Positions 46,011 to 46,389 of a stretch of 46,389 nt of DNA are shown one piece after another. The DNA is taken from assembly GCA_050115495.1 (NCBI GenBank), contig JASFQK010000046.1, positions 1-46,389 on the forward strand, read 5' to 3'. The stretch comes from Phycisphaerae bacterium. GTDB lineage: Bacteria; Planctomycetota; Phycisphaerae; UBA1845; Fen-1342. The translations under genes and the position numbers were made by a program. Under the pieces are notes generated by a model. The model searched no databases. It was not told the origin of the DNA and saw nothing but the letters and a program-made list of their open reading frames with translations. The number at the start of each line of letters is the position of its first letter. The stretch's first letter is position 1.

Positions 46011-46389
46011 GGTCTTCTGCGGGGGGGCGGACGCGACCGCCGTAGGACGGGTTTCACCGGCCGTTTTTCGAGCGATGCGTGACCGCGTTCTGTCCGAGCC
46101 GCGACCGGCAGGGAGCGGTGTTCGGCGAGAACCCATCGCTACCGCTCAGGGCTCGGATCGTCGCTACCGCGGCCCGGCGGGTCGCCCGTGGCGGGTTTCA
46201 CCCGCCGTTGCTCCGTCGCCGAAAGGACGGCGGTTCTTGCGTACGAACGTTCGGCAGGCCGAGCCCGCCCTATTCATGAAAGGCGCTTTGGTTGTCAAGG
46301 GTGCAATCGTACGCTTTTTCGTTGTTTTGGGTGTTCGTTTTCGTGTATTGGCGTCGCGTATCGACATAGCGATCACGTCCTCCCCGGTG

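Noticed and set aside
46164..46376. 70-aa minus-strand ORF with a GGAGG upstream
   Set aside because: Low-complexity K/T/R sequence running into palindromic repeats at the window edge; more likely intergenic DNA.

Overview
High-GC bacterial chromosomal segment with about 37 protein-coding genes and no rRNA, tRNA or CRISPR array that I can support. The gene content (CxxCGYNLTG..RCPECG membrane protein, planctomycete-type secretin-like protein, two ECF sigma operons) suggests Planctomycetota, probably Phycisphaerae; this is an inference. Housekeeping genes are queC, a YmdB-type phosphoesterase, purE, cinA, a YgfZ-like protein, a group II PLP decarboxylase, a GT2 and several peptidases. Accessory content: an isolated T6SS sub-cluster tssE-tssF-tssG-tssH(clpV), two SPFH loci, an intact-looking IS630 inserted exactly at a stop codon, and many intergenic REP-like palindromes. 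The most interesting candidate system is the minus-strand operon at 6554-10161: ECF sigma factor, anti-sigma with an extracytoplasmic dockerin-like domain, a secreted stand-alone cohesin-like protein, and a VIT-vWA protein. It may be cohesin-dockerin recognition reused for trans-envelope signalling. Other notable points are a ClpV lacking the NBD2 pore-loop tyrosine and a secreted M29 aminopeptidase homologue that lacks most metal ligands. All product calls are from motif recognition by eye; no database searches were run, and several starts were re-chosen from the ORF track.
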